Notes: generated by a model not told the origin, from the letters alone. A stretch of 64,000 nucleotides of DNA from an uncultured Gemmatimonadaceae bacterium (GCA_964596925.1 CAZQWQ010000046.1:11037-75036), one strand, 5' to 3'; positions 8,894 through 19,329 are shown, counted from the first letter of the stretch. A program made the numbers and translations.

Positions 8894-9166
8894 TTATCCG
8901 GGGATCGCCTCGACGAATTGCAGCAGCTCTACGGCCGAAAATTCACCGAAGCGCTCAAGTATGTCCTTCTCCTGCCATTCGAGAAACACCCATCCGGTGG
9001 TCTTGTGCGTCCCGTCGCCCACGAAGTGGATTCGGCCACGGATCGCGTTTAGCTCGGCGTCGGGCTGGATCTCGAGATACACATCCCAGCGGAGCGGGCC
9101 GCGCTTCAGCTCACCCATGTGGCGCGCGTGCTCCTGGCCAGGAAAGGCGTCACTCATACGTCCCAT
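8894..9166 (-). CDS. Small hypothetical protein (90 aa)
   Basis: Typical codon pattern, globular-looking sequence; fills the gap between the glnA promoter and the next gene. Confidence 0.65.
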   Translation of the reverse strand: MGRMSDAFPGQEHARHMGELKRGPLRWDVYLEIQPDAELNAIRGRIHFVGDGTHKTTGWVFLEWQEKDILERFGEFSAVELLQFVEAIPG

Positions 9167-9211
9167 ACGCTACGCTACCGCCGCACATCCTGCCAGTTAC
9201 ATTGCCCCACC

Positions 9212-9901
9212 ATGAACTGCCAGTCGTGCGACACCCCGCTTTCCGCCGGCGCCCGCTACTGTCACAAATGCGGGGCCAGTGCCGGCACCCATGCCGCCGC
9301 CGGCTGGCGCGTCGGCCTCCCGTGGGGAATCGCGGGGCTCGCTTTGGGCGCGTTGCTCGCGGTCCTGCTGATGCGTGTTGGTGGCGAAGGCGGTGCGGCG
9401 GTTTCGGCGGGGGAGGTACCGGGTGGCGGCGCCCCGTTTGGCGGGATGGCGGCACCGGACATCAGTCAGATGTCCCCGGAGGAGCGTGCCCAACGGCTGT
9501 TCGATCGGGTGATGCGCCTGGGTGAGGAAGGCAAGATGGACAGCGTACAGTTCTTCCTCCCCATGGCGATCGGCGCCTACCAACAACTGCCGGCGCTCAG
9601 TCTCGATTCCCACTTCGACATCGGCCTGTTACGCCTGGCCGGCGGCGATGCACCCGGCGCCTCCGCCGAAGCCGACGCGATCCGACGGCTGGTCCCCACG
9701 CACCTGTTCGCTTCCGTGCTTCGGGCCCGCGCGCTCCAGGCGCAGGGTAACGCAGCCGGTGCGCGCGGCGCCTATCTCGACTTCCTGAAAAACGAAACGG
9801 CAGAACGAGCCCGCCGCCGGCCGGAATACGAGGAGCACGGCCGCATTCTCGACGCGTTCCATGCCGAAGCGCTGAGCAGCACGGGACGATCCGGCCCATG
9901 A
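9212..9901 (+). CDS. Zinc-ribbon membrane protein with helical (TPR-like) C-terminal domain (229 aa)
   Basis: MNCQSC...RYCHKCG ribbon, one TM segment, Gly-rich linker; start moved to ATG 9212. Confidence 0.75.
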   Translation: MNCQSCDTPLSAGARYCHKCGASAGTHAAAGWRVGLPWGIAGLALGALLAVLLMRVGGEGGAAVSAGEVPGGGAPFGGMAAPDISQMSPEERAQRLFDRVMRLGEEGKMDSVQFFLPMAIGAYQQLPALSLDSHFDIGLLRLAGGDAPGASAEADAIRRLVPTHLFASVLRARALQAQGNAAGARGAYLDFLKNETAERARRRPEYEEHGRILDAFHAEALSSTGRSGP

Positions 9902-9926
9902 GCCGAACCACCCGAGGCGGCGGCGA

Positions 9927-10484
9927 TCAGCCGCCCTTGAGCTGCGGCTCGACCTCCAGTTTGTAGCACTCCGGACAGATTCCGTGGCTGAATTCCGCGC
10001 GCGACTTCCGTTCGATGTATCCCTCCAACGAGCTCCACTGCTCCTGGTCGTTGCGGATGCGCTTGCAGTAGCTGCAAATCGGTAAGAGCCCTTCGAGGTT
10101 GTACATCCGCTCCCGCAAGCCGAGAATACGCTCGGCGGCGCGCAGCCGGGCCTTCAACTCGTCCGCGTCCACCGGCTTGGTAATGAAGTCGTCGATGCCC
10201 GCCTCCATCGCCGTCAGGTAACTGGCCTTTCCGCTTTTCCCGGTGAGCAAGATGAAATACGTGTAGCGGTCGGGGCGCTCCTTCCGGATCCGGCGGCACA
10301 GATCCAGTCCATCCAGCTCTGGCATCATCCAGTCCGAAACGACCACCTGGGACTCGGCGAGACGCCACGCCGCCCAGGCGTCGACACCGTTGTCGGCAAC
10401 GCTCACCTGGTGGCCCGCAGCCTCGAGCGCCGCCTGCAGCACCTGGCGCGAGACCGGCTCGTCTTCCGCGATCACGATGTTCAC
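9927..10484 (-). CDS. Response regulator (REC plus C-terminal CxxC...CxxC domain; 185 aa)
   Basis: GTG 10484 with RBS GAGGGG; IAED, SDWMMP, FITKP; tail LLPICSYCKRIR...HGICPEC. Confidence 0.85.
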   Translation of the reverse strand: MNIVIAEDEPVSRQVLQAALEAAGHQVSVADNGVDAWAAWRLAESQVVVSDWMMPELDGLDLCRRIRKERPDRYTYFILLTGKSGKASYLTAMEAGIDDFITKPVDADELKARLRAAERILGLRERMYNLEGLLPICSYCKRIRNDQEQWSSLEGYIERKSRAEFSHGICPECYKLEVEPQLKGG

Positions 10485-10524
10485 GATTTCGCCCCTCGGT
10501 ATTCGATTGGTCGTGATGTCAGAC

Positions 10525-11682
10525 TCAGGGCTTCTGCTCCACGCCCGGCGGTCCGTGCACCGGCAGCGCAAACCAAAACGTGCTACCCCGGCCGACCTCA
10601 CTCTCCACGCCGATCCGGCCGCCGTGTGCTTCCACGGCGAACTTGCAGAACGTCAGCCCCAGGCCGCTCGAGTGCTTGTTGCCCTGACTGGCGGCCTCCA
10701 CCTGACCGAATTTCTCGAAAATCTTCTCGTGGTACGCGGGCGCAATGCCTTGGCCGCGGTCCGAGACCGAGACCTTGGCCTCTGTGCCGTTCCCCTGGAC
10801 TAACACTACGATCTGGCTGGACGTGGGGGAGAACTTCACGGCATTGCCGACCAAGTTGGTGATCACACGGCGGATGACGCTCTGGTCCCCGATGATCCGT
10901 GCCTGCTCGGCCGAGGCCTCCACCCGCACCGTGACCCGGTGCGTGGCCCGTCCGGTGGTAGCCGCCACCTCGGTAACGAGGGCGGCGAGATCGACGTGGG
11001 ACACCTCCAGCGGCATCCTGCCGGTCTCCAGGCGGCTCACGTCGAGGAGGTCGCTCACCATCTCGGTCATCTCCACCGCCACCTTGCGGGCCTCGTCGAT
11101 TGACTGAGTCATCTCCGGCTCGAGTTTTCCCTCGCCGTCCATCTTCATGAGGTCGAGGTACGCGCGGATGCCCGCGAGCGGCGAGCGGAGGTCGTGCACG
11201 ATCATATGGACGAGACTGTCCCGCAGCAGCTCAAGCTTCTCGAGTCGCCGGTATTGCACTTCAATCTCCGCGTACAACTGGTGCATGCGAATCGCGTTGC
11301 GGACGCGAAGGCTCAAGTCACTCTTGTCGATCGGTTTGGTGATGTAGTCGTTCGCCCCCGCGCCGATCCCGAGCAGCCGTTGGTCTCGCTGGTTCATGGC
11401 GGTCACCAGCAGGACGGGGATCGTGGCAGTGGCAGGGTCCGCCTTGAGGCGGCGACACACTTCGAAGCCATCGATCCCCGGCATCCCGACGTCCAGCAGG
11501 ACGACATCCGGCGCCGCGTCCGCCACACGCTCCAGCGCTTCGATGCCGTCGACGGCTTCGGCCACCTCGTGCCCCTGCGACTCGAGGAGATCCCGCAGCA
11601 GCAGTCGGTTGGCCTCCTGATCGTCCACGATCAGGACGCGACCGGTGATCAGCTCACGCCGGCGGACTGCGGGCTCGCTCAC
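10525..11682 (-). CDS. Hybrid histidine kinase (REC-HisKA-HATPase_c)
   Basis: VDD, LLDVGMP, HDLRSPL H-box, NAVKF, DRGQG, GLGL. Confidence 0.92.
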   Translation of the reverse strand: MSEPAVRRRELITGRVLIVDDQEANRLLLRDLLESQGHEVAEAVDGIEALERVADAAPDVVLLDVGMPGIDGFEVCRRLKADPATATIPVLLVTAMNQRDQRLLGIGAGANDYITKPIDKSDLSLRVRNAIRMHQLYAEIEVQYRRLEKLELLRDSLVHMIVHDLRSPLAGIRAYLDLMKMDGEGKLEPEMTQSIDEARKVAVEMTEMVSDLLDVSRLETGRMPLEVSHVDLAALVTEVAATTGRATHRVTVRVEASAEQARIIGDQSVIRRVITNLVGNAVKFSPTSSQIVVLVQGNGTEAKVSVSDRGQGIAPAYHEKIFEKFGQVEAASQGNKHSSGLGLTFCKFAVEAHGGRIGVESEVGRGSTFWFALPVHGPPGVEQKP

Positions 11683-12068
11683 GACTTCGCTCCTTGCGCC
11701 AGCATGCGCGCGACCATCCCTGGGAAGGCGCGCGTATCGATCGGCTTCGTGACGTACGCGTCGAACCCGGCGGCTCGCGCCGCCTCCTCATCGCCTTTCA
11801 TCGCCTGGGCCGTCATCGCGACCGCCGGGATGTGGCGGGTGGCGGCATCGCGTTTCAGCAATCGGACGGCAGACAGGCCGTCCATCCCGGGCAGCCGCAC
11901 GTCCAGCAGGATGAGATCCGGAGCCTCCGTCCGGGCGAGCCGCAGGCCCTCTTCGGCCGTTCGGGCTTGGAGCACCGTGTGGCCGGCCCCGGTGAGCAGC
12001 TCACTGGCCAGCTCCAGGTTGAGGGCGTTGTCTTCGACGACCAGGATCTTCCCTGATTTCATGCTCAT
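11679..12068 (-). CDS. Single-domain response regulator (DivK/CheY-like; 129 aa)
   Basis: ATG 12068 overlaps the upstream stop (ATGA); VVEDN, LLDVRLP, TAQAM, YVTKP. Confidence 0.9.
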   Translation of the reverse strand: MSMKSGKILVVEDNALNLELASELLTGAGHTVLQARTAEEGLRLARTEAPDLILLDVRLPGMDGLSAVRLLKRDAATRHIPAVAMTAQAMKGDEEAARAAGFDAYVTKPIDTRAFPGMVARMLAQGAKS

Positions 12069-13621
12069 CCGCTCCTGCCGACCGGCGGTGCCGGAAGTGT
12101 CGGTGCGTAGTCCGGCCGGAGCGCCCGCTCGAGCACCTCGATCAACCCGGCGCGGTCCACCGGCTTCACGAGCCATGCCAGAGCCCCGAGCTGGAGCCCG
12201 ACGTCGCGACGCTCCGTGACCGAAACGACGACGACCGGAATATCACGGGTCGCGGGGAGCGATTTGAGCAACGCCAGTACCTCCAGGCCGTCGCGGTCCG
12301 GGAGCAGTGTATCCAAAGTGATCGCGGATGGCCGGAGTTCCTGCGCCATGCGGACGGCCTGTTCGCCCGTGTATGCCCGCGCCACGGCATACCCACTGTC
12401 GGCGAGGTGGTGCCAGAGCAGCTCACTGGCGTGCGGATCGTCTTCGACCACCAACACCAGCGGCCCGAGCCGGGGCCGCTCACCGCTGTCGTTCTCGCGT
12501 GGGGCCGCCTGATCGTGTGGTCGCCCCGCGACGGGGAGCTGGAACGTCACTGCCGTTCCTTTGCCCACCTCGCTCTCGAGCCAGATCTTCCCGCCGTGCA
12601 GTTCTACCAATCGGCGGGCAAGCGCCAATCCCACCCCGTTGCCCTGGAACGTCTCGAAGAGACCTGCCTGGTGTTCGCGCGGAATGCCGCGCCCCGTATC
12701 CACCACCTGGATCTCGACCCATTCCCCCGGTTCCGGGTTCGTCGCCGGCGCGGCAACGCGGGCCGTCACCATCACGCGGCCGCCTTCCGGCGTGAACCGG
12801 ATCGCGTTGCTGAGCAGGTTGAACAGGGCCTGCTTGATTTTGGGTTGGTCGAGGGACACCGCGGGGACGCTCTCGGCCGATTCGAACGTGAGCTCGAGCC
12901 TCTTTTTTTCAGCCAACCGCCGCACCAACATGTCCACGTCGTGCAAGATGACGCCCACATCCGACAAACTGAGCTGCAGCGACAGACTCGCCGCTTCGAC
13001 CTTGGTCAGGTCGAGCACATTGTCGATCAACTCAAGGAGATGGCGTCCACTCACGAGAATGTTGTGCACATACCGCTGCTGGCGCTCGCCCAGCGGCCCT
13101 CCGGTCTGTTCCTCCAGAAGCTGCGAGAATCCGATGATCGCGTTCAGCGGGGTCCGCAGCTCATGGCTCATGGTGGCGAGAAACGCGGACTTGGCGTGGT
13201 CGGCGGCCTCCGCGGCCTGCTTGGCCCGGCGCAGTTCTTCTTCCACGCTGCGGCGCTCGGTGACGTCGACCTGGGCGATGACCACGCTGCTTCCCCCGGC
13301 CTCCAAGGCCGTGGCCGAAAGCAGGAACCACCGGGGCGGAGCCGAGTGGTCCCACCGATATTCCAGTCGGAATTCGCGCCGTCGACCTTGGAGCACGGCG
13401 CGCACCCCCGCCAGGACCTCAGGCGCCTCCGCCGCACCGCGGTACAGATCCAGATAGTTCAGCTTGCGCGCCGCTCCCGGCGCGACGACCGTCCAGCCCC
13501 GCGCGCGCGCCGCACGGCTCCAGGCATCGTTCGCCGCGACGATCGTGCCGTCGCGATCGAGCACCGCGATCTCCGCCGGCAACGACGGCACGTCCACCTG
13601 CTCGAGCTCAGGGCTGCCCAT
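12065..13621 (-). CDS. Hybrid histidine kinase (PAS-HisKA-HATPase_c-REC)
   Basis: PAS-like N-terminus, SHELRTPL, NAIRF, DTGRG, REC with TLDTLLP. Confidence 0.9.
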   Translation of the reverse strand: MGSPELEQVDVPSLPAEIAVLDRDGTIVAANDAWSRAARARGWTVVAPGAARKLNYLDLYRGAAEAPEVLAGVRAVLQGRRREFRLEYRWDHSAPPRWFLLSATALEAGGSSVVIAQVDVTERRSVEEELRRAKQAAEAADHAKSAFLATMSHELRTPLNAIIGFSQLLEEQTGGPLGERQQRYVHNILVSGRHLLELIDNVLDLTKVEAASLSLQLSLSDVGVILHDVDMLVRRLAEKKRLELTFESAESVPAVSLDQPKIKQALFNLLSNAIRFTPEGGRVMVTARVAAPATNPEPGEWVEIQVVDTGRGIPREHQAGLFETFQGNGVGLALARRLVELHGGKIWLESEVGKGTAVTFQLPVAGRPHDQAAPRENDSGERPRLGPLVLVVEDDPHASELLWHHLADSGYAVARAYTGEQAVRMAQELRPSAITLDTLLPDRDGLEVLALLKSLPATRDIPVVVVSVTERRDVGLQLGALAWLVKPVDRAGLIEVLERALRPDYAPTLPAPPVGRSG

Positions 13622-16583
13622 CGAGCCCGTCCTTCCACCCAGGCGTGCACACCCGCGCCAGCTCGCTCAGCAACTCCGCCGGACCCTCCTTCGGCACGAC
13701 CGCGAGCACGCTGTCCTGCAGCTGCGCGCGATCCGCCAACGTCAGCTCCTTGGCCGTGAAGATCAGGATCGGGATGTTTCGGCCGATCGGGTGATCTCGC
13801 AGCCGACGCACCACCTCGAAGCCGTTCAGCCCCGGCATGATGAGGTCGAGCACAATGGCATCGGGACGCTGCGTCAACGCGGCCGTGATCCCCTGATGCC
13901 CGTCAAACGCAGACGTCACGCGGAACCCCTGCGACGTGAGCAGGTCGGTCACGAGCTCGATCGCTGCCGGATCGTCGTCCACCGCCAGCACGGTTGGTGT
14001 GCTGCCGGCAGGCAGGACGCCCACGGCCCGGCGGACCGCCTTGACGAAGCCGTCGCGTTGCACGGGCTTCACGAACCATTCCACGGCTCCCAGGCTCAGA
14101 CCCAGCTCGCGGTGTTCGGTGATCGAGACGACCACCACTGGAATGTCCTTGGTCTCCGGTGACGCTTTGAGCTGCGCCAGGATGGCGAGGCCGTCTTCGC
14201 CGGGCAGGAGGATGTCGAGGGTGATGGCATCGGGCTTGAGGCTCCGGGCCAGGGCCAGCGCTTGGGCCCCGGTCGACGCGTGCGCGACCCGATACCCCGC
14301 CTCTGAGAGATAGTGGCCCAGCAGGTCGCCGGCGTGCTGGTCGTCCTCCACCACCAGCACGAGCGCGCCCGCGTTGCGCTGCACCACCGCTTCACGAGGG
14401 GCCGCGGTCAGTTGTGGCGTGACGCGGGTCCGCACCCGGAGCGGCAACACGAACCGGAACGTCGTCCCACGTCCGAACTCGCTTTCGACCCAGATACGGC
14501 CGCCATGCAACTCGACCAGCTTCTTGGTGAGCGCCAGCCCCAATCCGGTACCCTGCTGTTCCCGTACATAGGCGCTGTCGAGCTGCTCGAACTCTCGGAA
14601 GATGCGCCTCTGATCCTCGGGCTTGATCCCGATGCCGGTGTCGACGACCGCGATTTCGATTCCCGATGGGGTATCTTGCGGACGGCCGGCGGTGATGCGG
14701 ATGCGGCCTCCCTCCGGGGTGAATTTGATGGCGTTGCTCAGGAGGTTGTACATGATCTGCTTGAGTTTCGCCTGATCGAGCAGCACCGGCGGGAGTCCTG
14801 GTTCGACGTCGATGTCGACTTTGAGGCGCTTCTGGTCGGCAAGCGCTCCCATGAGCGTCCGCGTCTCGGCCAGCACGTCCGCCACGTCGAATTCCGCGGG
14901 GGTGAGATCCATGCGGCCGGCTTCGACTTTGGAAAGATCGAGAATGTCGTTGATGAGCTGGAGCAGCTGGCGGCCGCTGGTGAGCACATTGGTCACGTAC
15001 CGGTGCTGCTTCTCGTTGAGGGGCCCGAAGGTCTGATCCCCCAGCATTTCCGAGAAGCCGATGATCGAGTTGAGCGGCGTGCGGAGCTCGTGGCTCATTT
15101 TGGCCAGGAACTCGGATTTCGCCTCGCTCGCGGCCTCGGCGGCCTCCCGCGCTTGCCGCAGCTCCTCCTCCGACCGCACGTCGTCCGTGATGTCGAAGAG
15201 CGCTCCGACGATCTGTACGGGCGCCCCCATGGCGTCTCGCAACACCTGCTGCTCGACCCGAATCCACCCGTACTGGTCGTTCTTGAAGCGAAACCGGAGG
15301 TCCCGGCTGGACCGATCTTGCTGGAGCAGCGCCCGGGTTTCCCCCAACAACCGCGCGCGCTCATCGGGGTGGAATTGCTCCTCCCACCAACCCGGTCGGA
15401 GGGCTTGCGATACGTCGTGACCCGTCAACCGCGTGAAGTTCTCGCTCATCCACGTGGGCGTGATGGTCTCGCCGGCGACGTCTGCCACGAAGATCACCGT
15501 CGTGCTGAAGGCGAGCACCTGTTTCAGCCGCGCTTCGGCGGACCGCAGCGCGTCCGCGGCCTGCCGCTGCTCGGTGACGTCTTCGGAGACCCCGAGCAGG
15601 AATTGCGGCCGTCCGCCCAGATCCAGTACGGGGACCTTCTTCGTGTGGAGGATCCTGGTTCCCTTATGGCGCGTGTGGATCGGCTCCTCGGGGATATCCA
15701 AAACCGTGCCGCGCGCTAGGACCTCGCGGTCATTCTCGATGAAAAACCGGGCTTCAGGCTCGGGGAAAAAATCGAAATCGGTTTTGCCGATGAGCTCATC
15801 CCGTGCGTAGCCCAGCAACTCTTCGCCCGCCCGGTTGAGCCGCACGAAGCGGAGGTGCGCCGCGTCCTTGATGAAGACCATGTGCGGGATCTGCTCGATG
15901 ATCGAATCCAGGAAAGTGCGCGAACGCCGGACTTCTTCTTCCACTCGCCGACGTTCCGTGACGTCGCGGTTGATGACCACCCCGGACACGAGTACGACCG
16001 CGACCGCCAACAGGATACCCGCGATGATCGTGAGCCGCGCGACGGTCCCGGCGTTGCGCACCCGGTCATCCGATCGCTCAGTGCGCGCGGCCTCCGTCGC
16101 ATCCATCCCCTCCAGGATGCGGCGCACGCGGTCCATGACCTGACGTCCGCCATCGCTGGTCACGATCGGCAGCACAGCGTCGAGACCACGCTGGCGACGC
16201 ACCTCGATGGTCTGGTTGAGCTCGGCGAGCTTCTCCAGGACCAGCGTATCGAGCGTCGCCAGCCGACCCTGCAGCTCAGCGTCCGGCCCGGCGACTTGCC
16301 GGAGCGCCGCGACATCTCTCGCGAGCGAGGATACGCCCCGGACGTAGGGGGCGAGGTAGGGTTCCTGGCCGGTGAGGAGATACCCTCGCTGTCCGGTCTC
16401 GGCGTCTTGTAGGTGCATCTGCACGTCGTTCAGCAGGGCACGAACTTCGTAGCTGTGTCGCCGCTCGTCCGCCGCCGCGAGGAAGCCGGAGACGCTCCAC
16501 CAGCACACGCCACCGATCAGCAGGAGAAGGAAGAGTGCCGCCCCGAACGTGGCGTTCACGTTGCGGCGTAGGGATTCCGTCAT
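13608..16583 (-). CDS. Membrane hybrid histidine kinase (CHASE3-PAS-PAS-HisKA-HATPase_c-REC-REC)
   Basis: Two TM segments flanking DAETGQRGYLLTG (CHASE3), two PAS domains, SHELRTPL, two receivers. Confidence 0.92.
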   Translation of the reverse strand: MTESLRRNVNATFGAALFLLLLIGGVCWWSVSGFLAAADERRHSYEVRALLNDVQMHLQDAETGQRGYLLTGQEPYLAPYVRGVSSLARDVAALRQVAGPDAELQGRLATLDTLVLEKLAELNQTIEVRRQRGLDAVLPIVTSDGGRQVMDRVRRILEGMDATEAARTERSDDRVRNAGTVARLTIIAGILLAVAVVLVSGVVINRDVTERRRVEEEVRRSRTFLDSIIEQIPHMVFIKDAAHLRFVRLNRAGEELLGYARDELIGKTDFDFFPEPEARFFIENDREVLARGTVLDIPEEPIHTRHKGTRILHTKKVPVLDLGGRPQFLLGVSEDVTEQRQAADALRSAEARLKQVLAFSTTVIFVADVAGETITPTWMSENFTRLTGHDVSQALRPGWWEEQFHPDERARLLGETRALLQQDRSSRDLRFRFKNDQYGWIRVEQQVLRDAMGAPVQIVGALFDITDDVRSEEELRQAREAAEAASEAKSEFLAKMSHELRTPLNSIIGFSEMLGDQTFGPLNEKQHRYVTNVLTSGRQLLQLINDILDLSKVEAGRMDLTPAEFDVADVLAETRTLMGALADQKRLKVDIDVEPGLPPVLLDQAKLKQIMYNLLSNAIKFTPEGGRIRITAGRPQDTPSGIEIAVVDTGIGIKPEDQRRIFREFEQLDSAYVREQQGTGLGLALTKKLVELHGGRIWVESEFGRGTTFRFVLPLRVRTRVTPQLTAAPREAVVQRNAGALVLVVEDDQHAGDLLGHYLSEAGYRVAHASTGAQALALARSLKPDAITLDILLPGEDGLAILAQLKASPETKDIPVVVVSITEHRELGLSLGAVEWFVKPVQRDGFVKAVRRAVGVLPAGSTPTVLAVDDDPAAIELVTDLLTSQGFRVTSAFDGHQGITAALTQRPDAIVLDLIMPGLNGFEVVRRLRDHPIGRNIPILIFTAKELTLADRAQLQDSVLAVVPKEGPAELLSELARVCTPGWKDGLDGQP

Positions 16584-16743
16584 CGGGTCCCCGCCCACCC
16601 AGTCGCGCGCATCCCCGTTTCGCCCCCTGGACTCTCGTCCTCGCCGGTAGCCATCATTGTCAACGACAGCCCACCGGGCAAGACTCTGCTGCGTTTTTGC
16701 GACTCGGGGAGACTCACCTGCGATGGATCCTCGGGTGTAGCGT

Positions 16744-16760
16744 GTCAGTATTAGTCTGAC
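16744..16760. promoter_or_regulatory. Palindrome GTCAG-N7-CTGAC in the divergent promoter region
   Basis: Perfect 5-bp inverted repeat with AT-rich spacer between the kinase operon and the HD-GYP gene. Confidence 0.25.
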
Positions 16761-16853
16761 GGTCCGCTCGTGGGCAGTGAGACCTAACGTTCACCGCTCC
16801 CCGGTCGTAGAATTGGACTTGTTCTGGCCCAGGACAGATGAAGGGGGGCGTCC

Positions 16854-17960
16854 ATGACCGTATCAGGGTTGGCGTCGGTGCTCGTCGTCGACGATGAGGA
16901 GCCGATCCGTAGCGCCCTCAAGCGGTACCTCACCAAACAGCAATTCGAAGTGTTCACCGCCGCATCCGGAGAGGACGCGTTGGTGCAGCTCGGCCAGCAC
17001 GAGGACATCGCGTTGATGTTGTGCGATATCCGGATGGCCGGGATGAGCGGCGTGGACATCGTTCCCAAGGCACTCGAGATCTCGCCCGACCTATCCATCC
17101 TGATGCTCAGTGCCGTCAACGACGCCACGACGGCGGCGCTGTGCATGCAGCGGGGCGCTATGGATTACCTCACGAAGCCAATCGAGCTGATGGAGCTCGG
17201 ACGGACCATCCAGCGGGCCCTCAAGCGGCGCGAAGGTCATATCGGCAGACGCCAGCTGGACCAGCATATCAAGGAGGAAGTCGCCAAGCGAACGGCCGAG
17301 TTCCAGCGGGAGCGAACGCGCCTGGAGCGCGTATCCGTCGCCACGTTGGAGGTGCTCATCAACGCGCTCGAAGCGAAGGATCCGTACCTCCGCGGGCACT
17401 CGGCGCGCGTGGCGGATTTGTCGGCCACCATCGCCGCCCACCTGGGCCTCCCCGATGATGAGATCGACCAGGTCCGACTGGCCGGCCGCCTGCACGACAT
17501 CGGCAAGATCGGGACGCGGGAGGACGTGATGAACAAGCAGGGCCCGCTGACCCCGGAGGAGTACGATCACATCAAGCAACACGTCGTGATCGGATCGCAG
17601 ATCCTCGCCCCGCTCGACCATCTGGGTCCGGTGATCGACACCGTTCGCAGCCATCACGAGCGATGGGATGGCACGGGGTACCCCGACGGTCGCCGCGGCG
17701 AGGAGATCCCGTTGATGGGCCGGATCGTCGGTGCGGCGGAAGTGTGGGATGCCCTCAGCACTTCGCGACCCTATCAAGAGAAGCTGACCGCGGAGCAGGC
17801 GCTCCGACGGTTGAGCGAGTTGGTCGGGACCGTACTCGACCCCAAAGTGTTCGCGGCGCTGTCGGAAGTCGTCAACCGACGTCGGTCGCTCGTGTTCCTC
17901 ACCGATGGCAAGGAAGGCCCCCACGAGATGCGGGAGTGGGGCATGGAAAGTGCCCCGTAA
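16854..17960 (+). CDS. REC-HD-GYP response regulator (putative cyclic dinucleotide phosphodiesterase), copy 1
   Basis: VDDE, LCDIRM; GHSARV, LHDIGK, HHERWDGTGYP, RPY. Confidence 0.92.
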   Translation: MTVSGLASVLVVDDEEPIRSALKRYLTKQQFEVFTAASGEDALVQLGQHEDIALMLCDIRMAGMSGVDIVPKALEISPDLSILMLSAVNDATTAALCMQRGAMDYLTKPIELMELGRTIQRALKRREGHIGRRQLDQHIKEEVAKRTAEFQRERTRLERVSVATLEVLINALEAKDPYLRGHSARVADLSATIAAHLGLPDDEIDQVRLAGRLHDIGKIGTREDVMNKQGPLTPEEYDHIKQHVVIGSQILAPLDHLGPVIDTVRSHHERWDGTGYPDGRRGEEIPLMGRIVGAAEVWDALSTSRPYQEKLTAEQALRRLSELVGTVLDPKVFAALSEVVNRRRSLVFLTDGKEGPHEMREWGMESAP

Positions 17961-18056
17961 GGGGGGCCCCTTCGCCTTCACAAGCACGAGGGCATGGGGA
18001 TATGTTTGGGTTGGGGGGGGGCGGTCCGATGGCACACAAACGGCGGAGCCTACGAT

Positions 18057-19322
18057 ATGGCTGAAGCGAGCCCGACGCTGAGCGGGTTGCTCCATGTGGT
18101 TTTTCTCGAGCGCGCCGGCAGTACGCCCGACGCCTCATCAAGCGACCATCTCGGAGAAGCGGCCTTCATCGTGCTCCGGCTCGTGGATCTGCTGGCGACC
18201 GATCGGGGTGCCCCGTCCCGGGACCAGGTCTTCCGGTTTCAAGCGGCCGCCACGGCTCGGTTTTGCCGAGAAGAGGTGGAGCCCGGCGTGGAAACCGACT
18301 ATCTGATCGAGCTCGTGCGCAGCACGAGCGCTGCCCACCAACGACGCGACGTGGGCCTTGCGGCGCCGGCGATGCTGGCGTATGCGGCCTACCTCGAGAA
18401 CGCGGCGAGATACGAGGAAGCACTGGACGTCGTGCAGACCCTCGAGCGAGCCGCCGGCTCCCGCGTGCCGGTGGATCAGGCCGTCGCCGCGGCGCTCCAG
18501 TTGGGTCGGGTCAACCGGAAGATCGCCCGCTTCGATGATGCCGACGCCGCCTACGAACGCGCCGCGTCGTTGGCGGCGGTCGCGGGCGACCGGCACGCGG
18601 AGCTATTGAGCCGGCTGGGTCGCGCGAACGTGTGCTGGGGCCGGGGCAACCTCGCCGCAGCCGAGCGGTGGAATCGGGAAGTCCTGACGGACGCCCGCGC
18701 AGCCGGTGAGCGGGACGCAGAGGCACGGGCCGAGCACGGCCTCGGCACGGTGTTGGGTGCGCGCGGCCAGCCGCTGGACGCCCTGCCGCACTTCTGGCGC
18801 GCCTTCGAGTTGTACCAGGACGAGTCGCTGTCGCTGCTCGCGCTCCACGATCTGGGATTCGACCTGGCCCGGCTCGGGGCTATCGAGGACGCTGAACGGG
18901 CGCTGCGTCACGTGGTCCAGGCGACGCATGACCAAAGCGCGCGGCAAAACGCGATGATCGAGCTACTGCACTGTGCCTCGTACCGCCGCGATCGCGTCGG
19001 GTTCACGCGCTGGCGGACCCAGTGCGAAACCGAGGTGCCGCGGATGGCGCCGAATATCCTCACGGACTACCATCTGAAGCTGGGGATCGGTCTCGCCAGA
19101 TTCGGGCGATTCGAGCGAGCAGTCTCCGAGATGGAGCAAGCGCTCGAAACAGCCCGCGCTCACGGGCTCCACGAATTCGAGTTCCGGATCGATCGCATTC
19201 GCACGGGGCTCCCGGAGGTTGAAGCGCTCATGTGCGCTGGGCACGAACCGGACGCGGCGCCCGCTGCCCAGGGGGCGGTCCTCAAAGAGGTGTCCGCCGC
19301 CCTGGCCACGCTTGGGGGTTGA
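18057..19322 (+). CDS. Tetratricopeptide repeat protein, cytoplasmic (421 aa)
   Basis: Repeated helical units (LGRVNRKIARFDDADAAYERA, LGTVLGARGQPLDALPHFWRA, LGIGLARFGRFERAVSEMEQA); no signal peptide, no catalytic motif seen. Confidence 0.85.
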   Translation: MAEASPTLSGLLHVVFLERAGSTPDASSSDHLGEAAFIVLRLVDLLATDRGAPSRDQVFRFQAAATARFCREEVEPGVETDYLIELVRSTSAAHQRRDVGLAAPAMLAYAAYLENAARYEEALDVVQTLERAAGSRVPVDQAVAAALQLGRVNRKIARFDDADAAYERAASLAAVAGDRHAELLSRLGRANVCWGRGNLAAAERWNREVLTDARAAGERDAEARAEHGLGTVLGARGQPLDALPHFWRAFELYQDESLSLLALHDLGFDLARLGAIEDAERALRHVVQATHDQSARQNAMIELLHCASYRRDRVGFTRWRTQCETEVPRMAPNILTDYHLKLGIGLARFGRFERAVSEMEQALETARAHGLHEFEFRIDRIRTGLPEVEALMCAGHEPDAAPAAQGAVLKEVSAALATLGG

Positions 19323-19329
19323 GCGCAGG

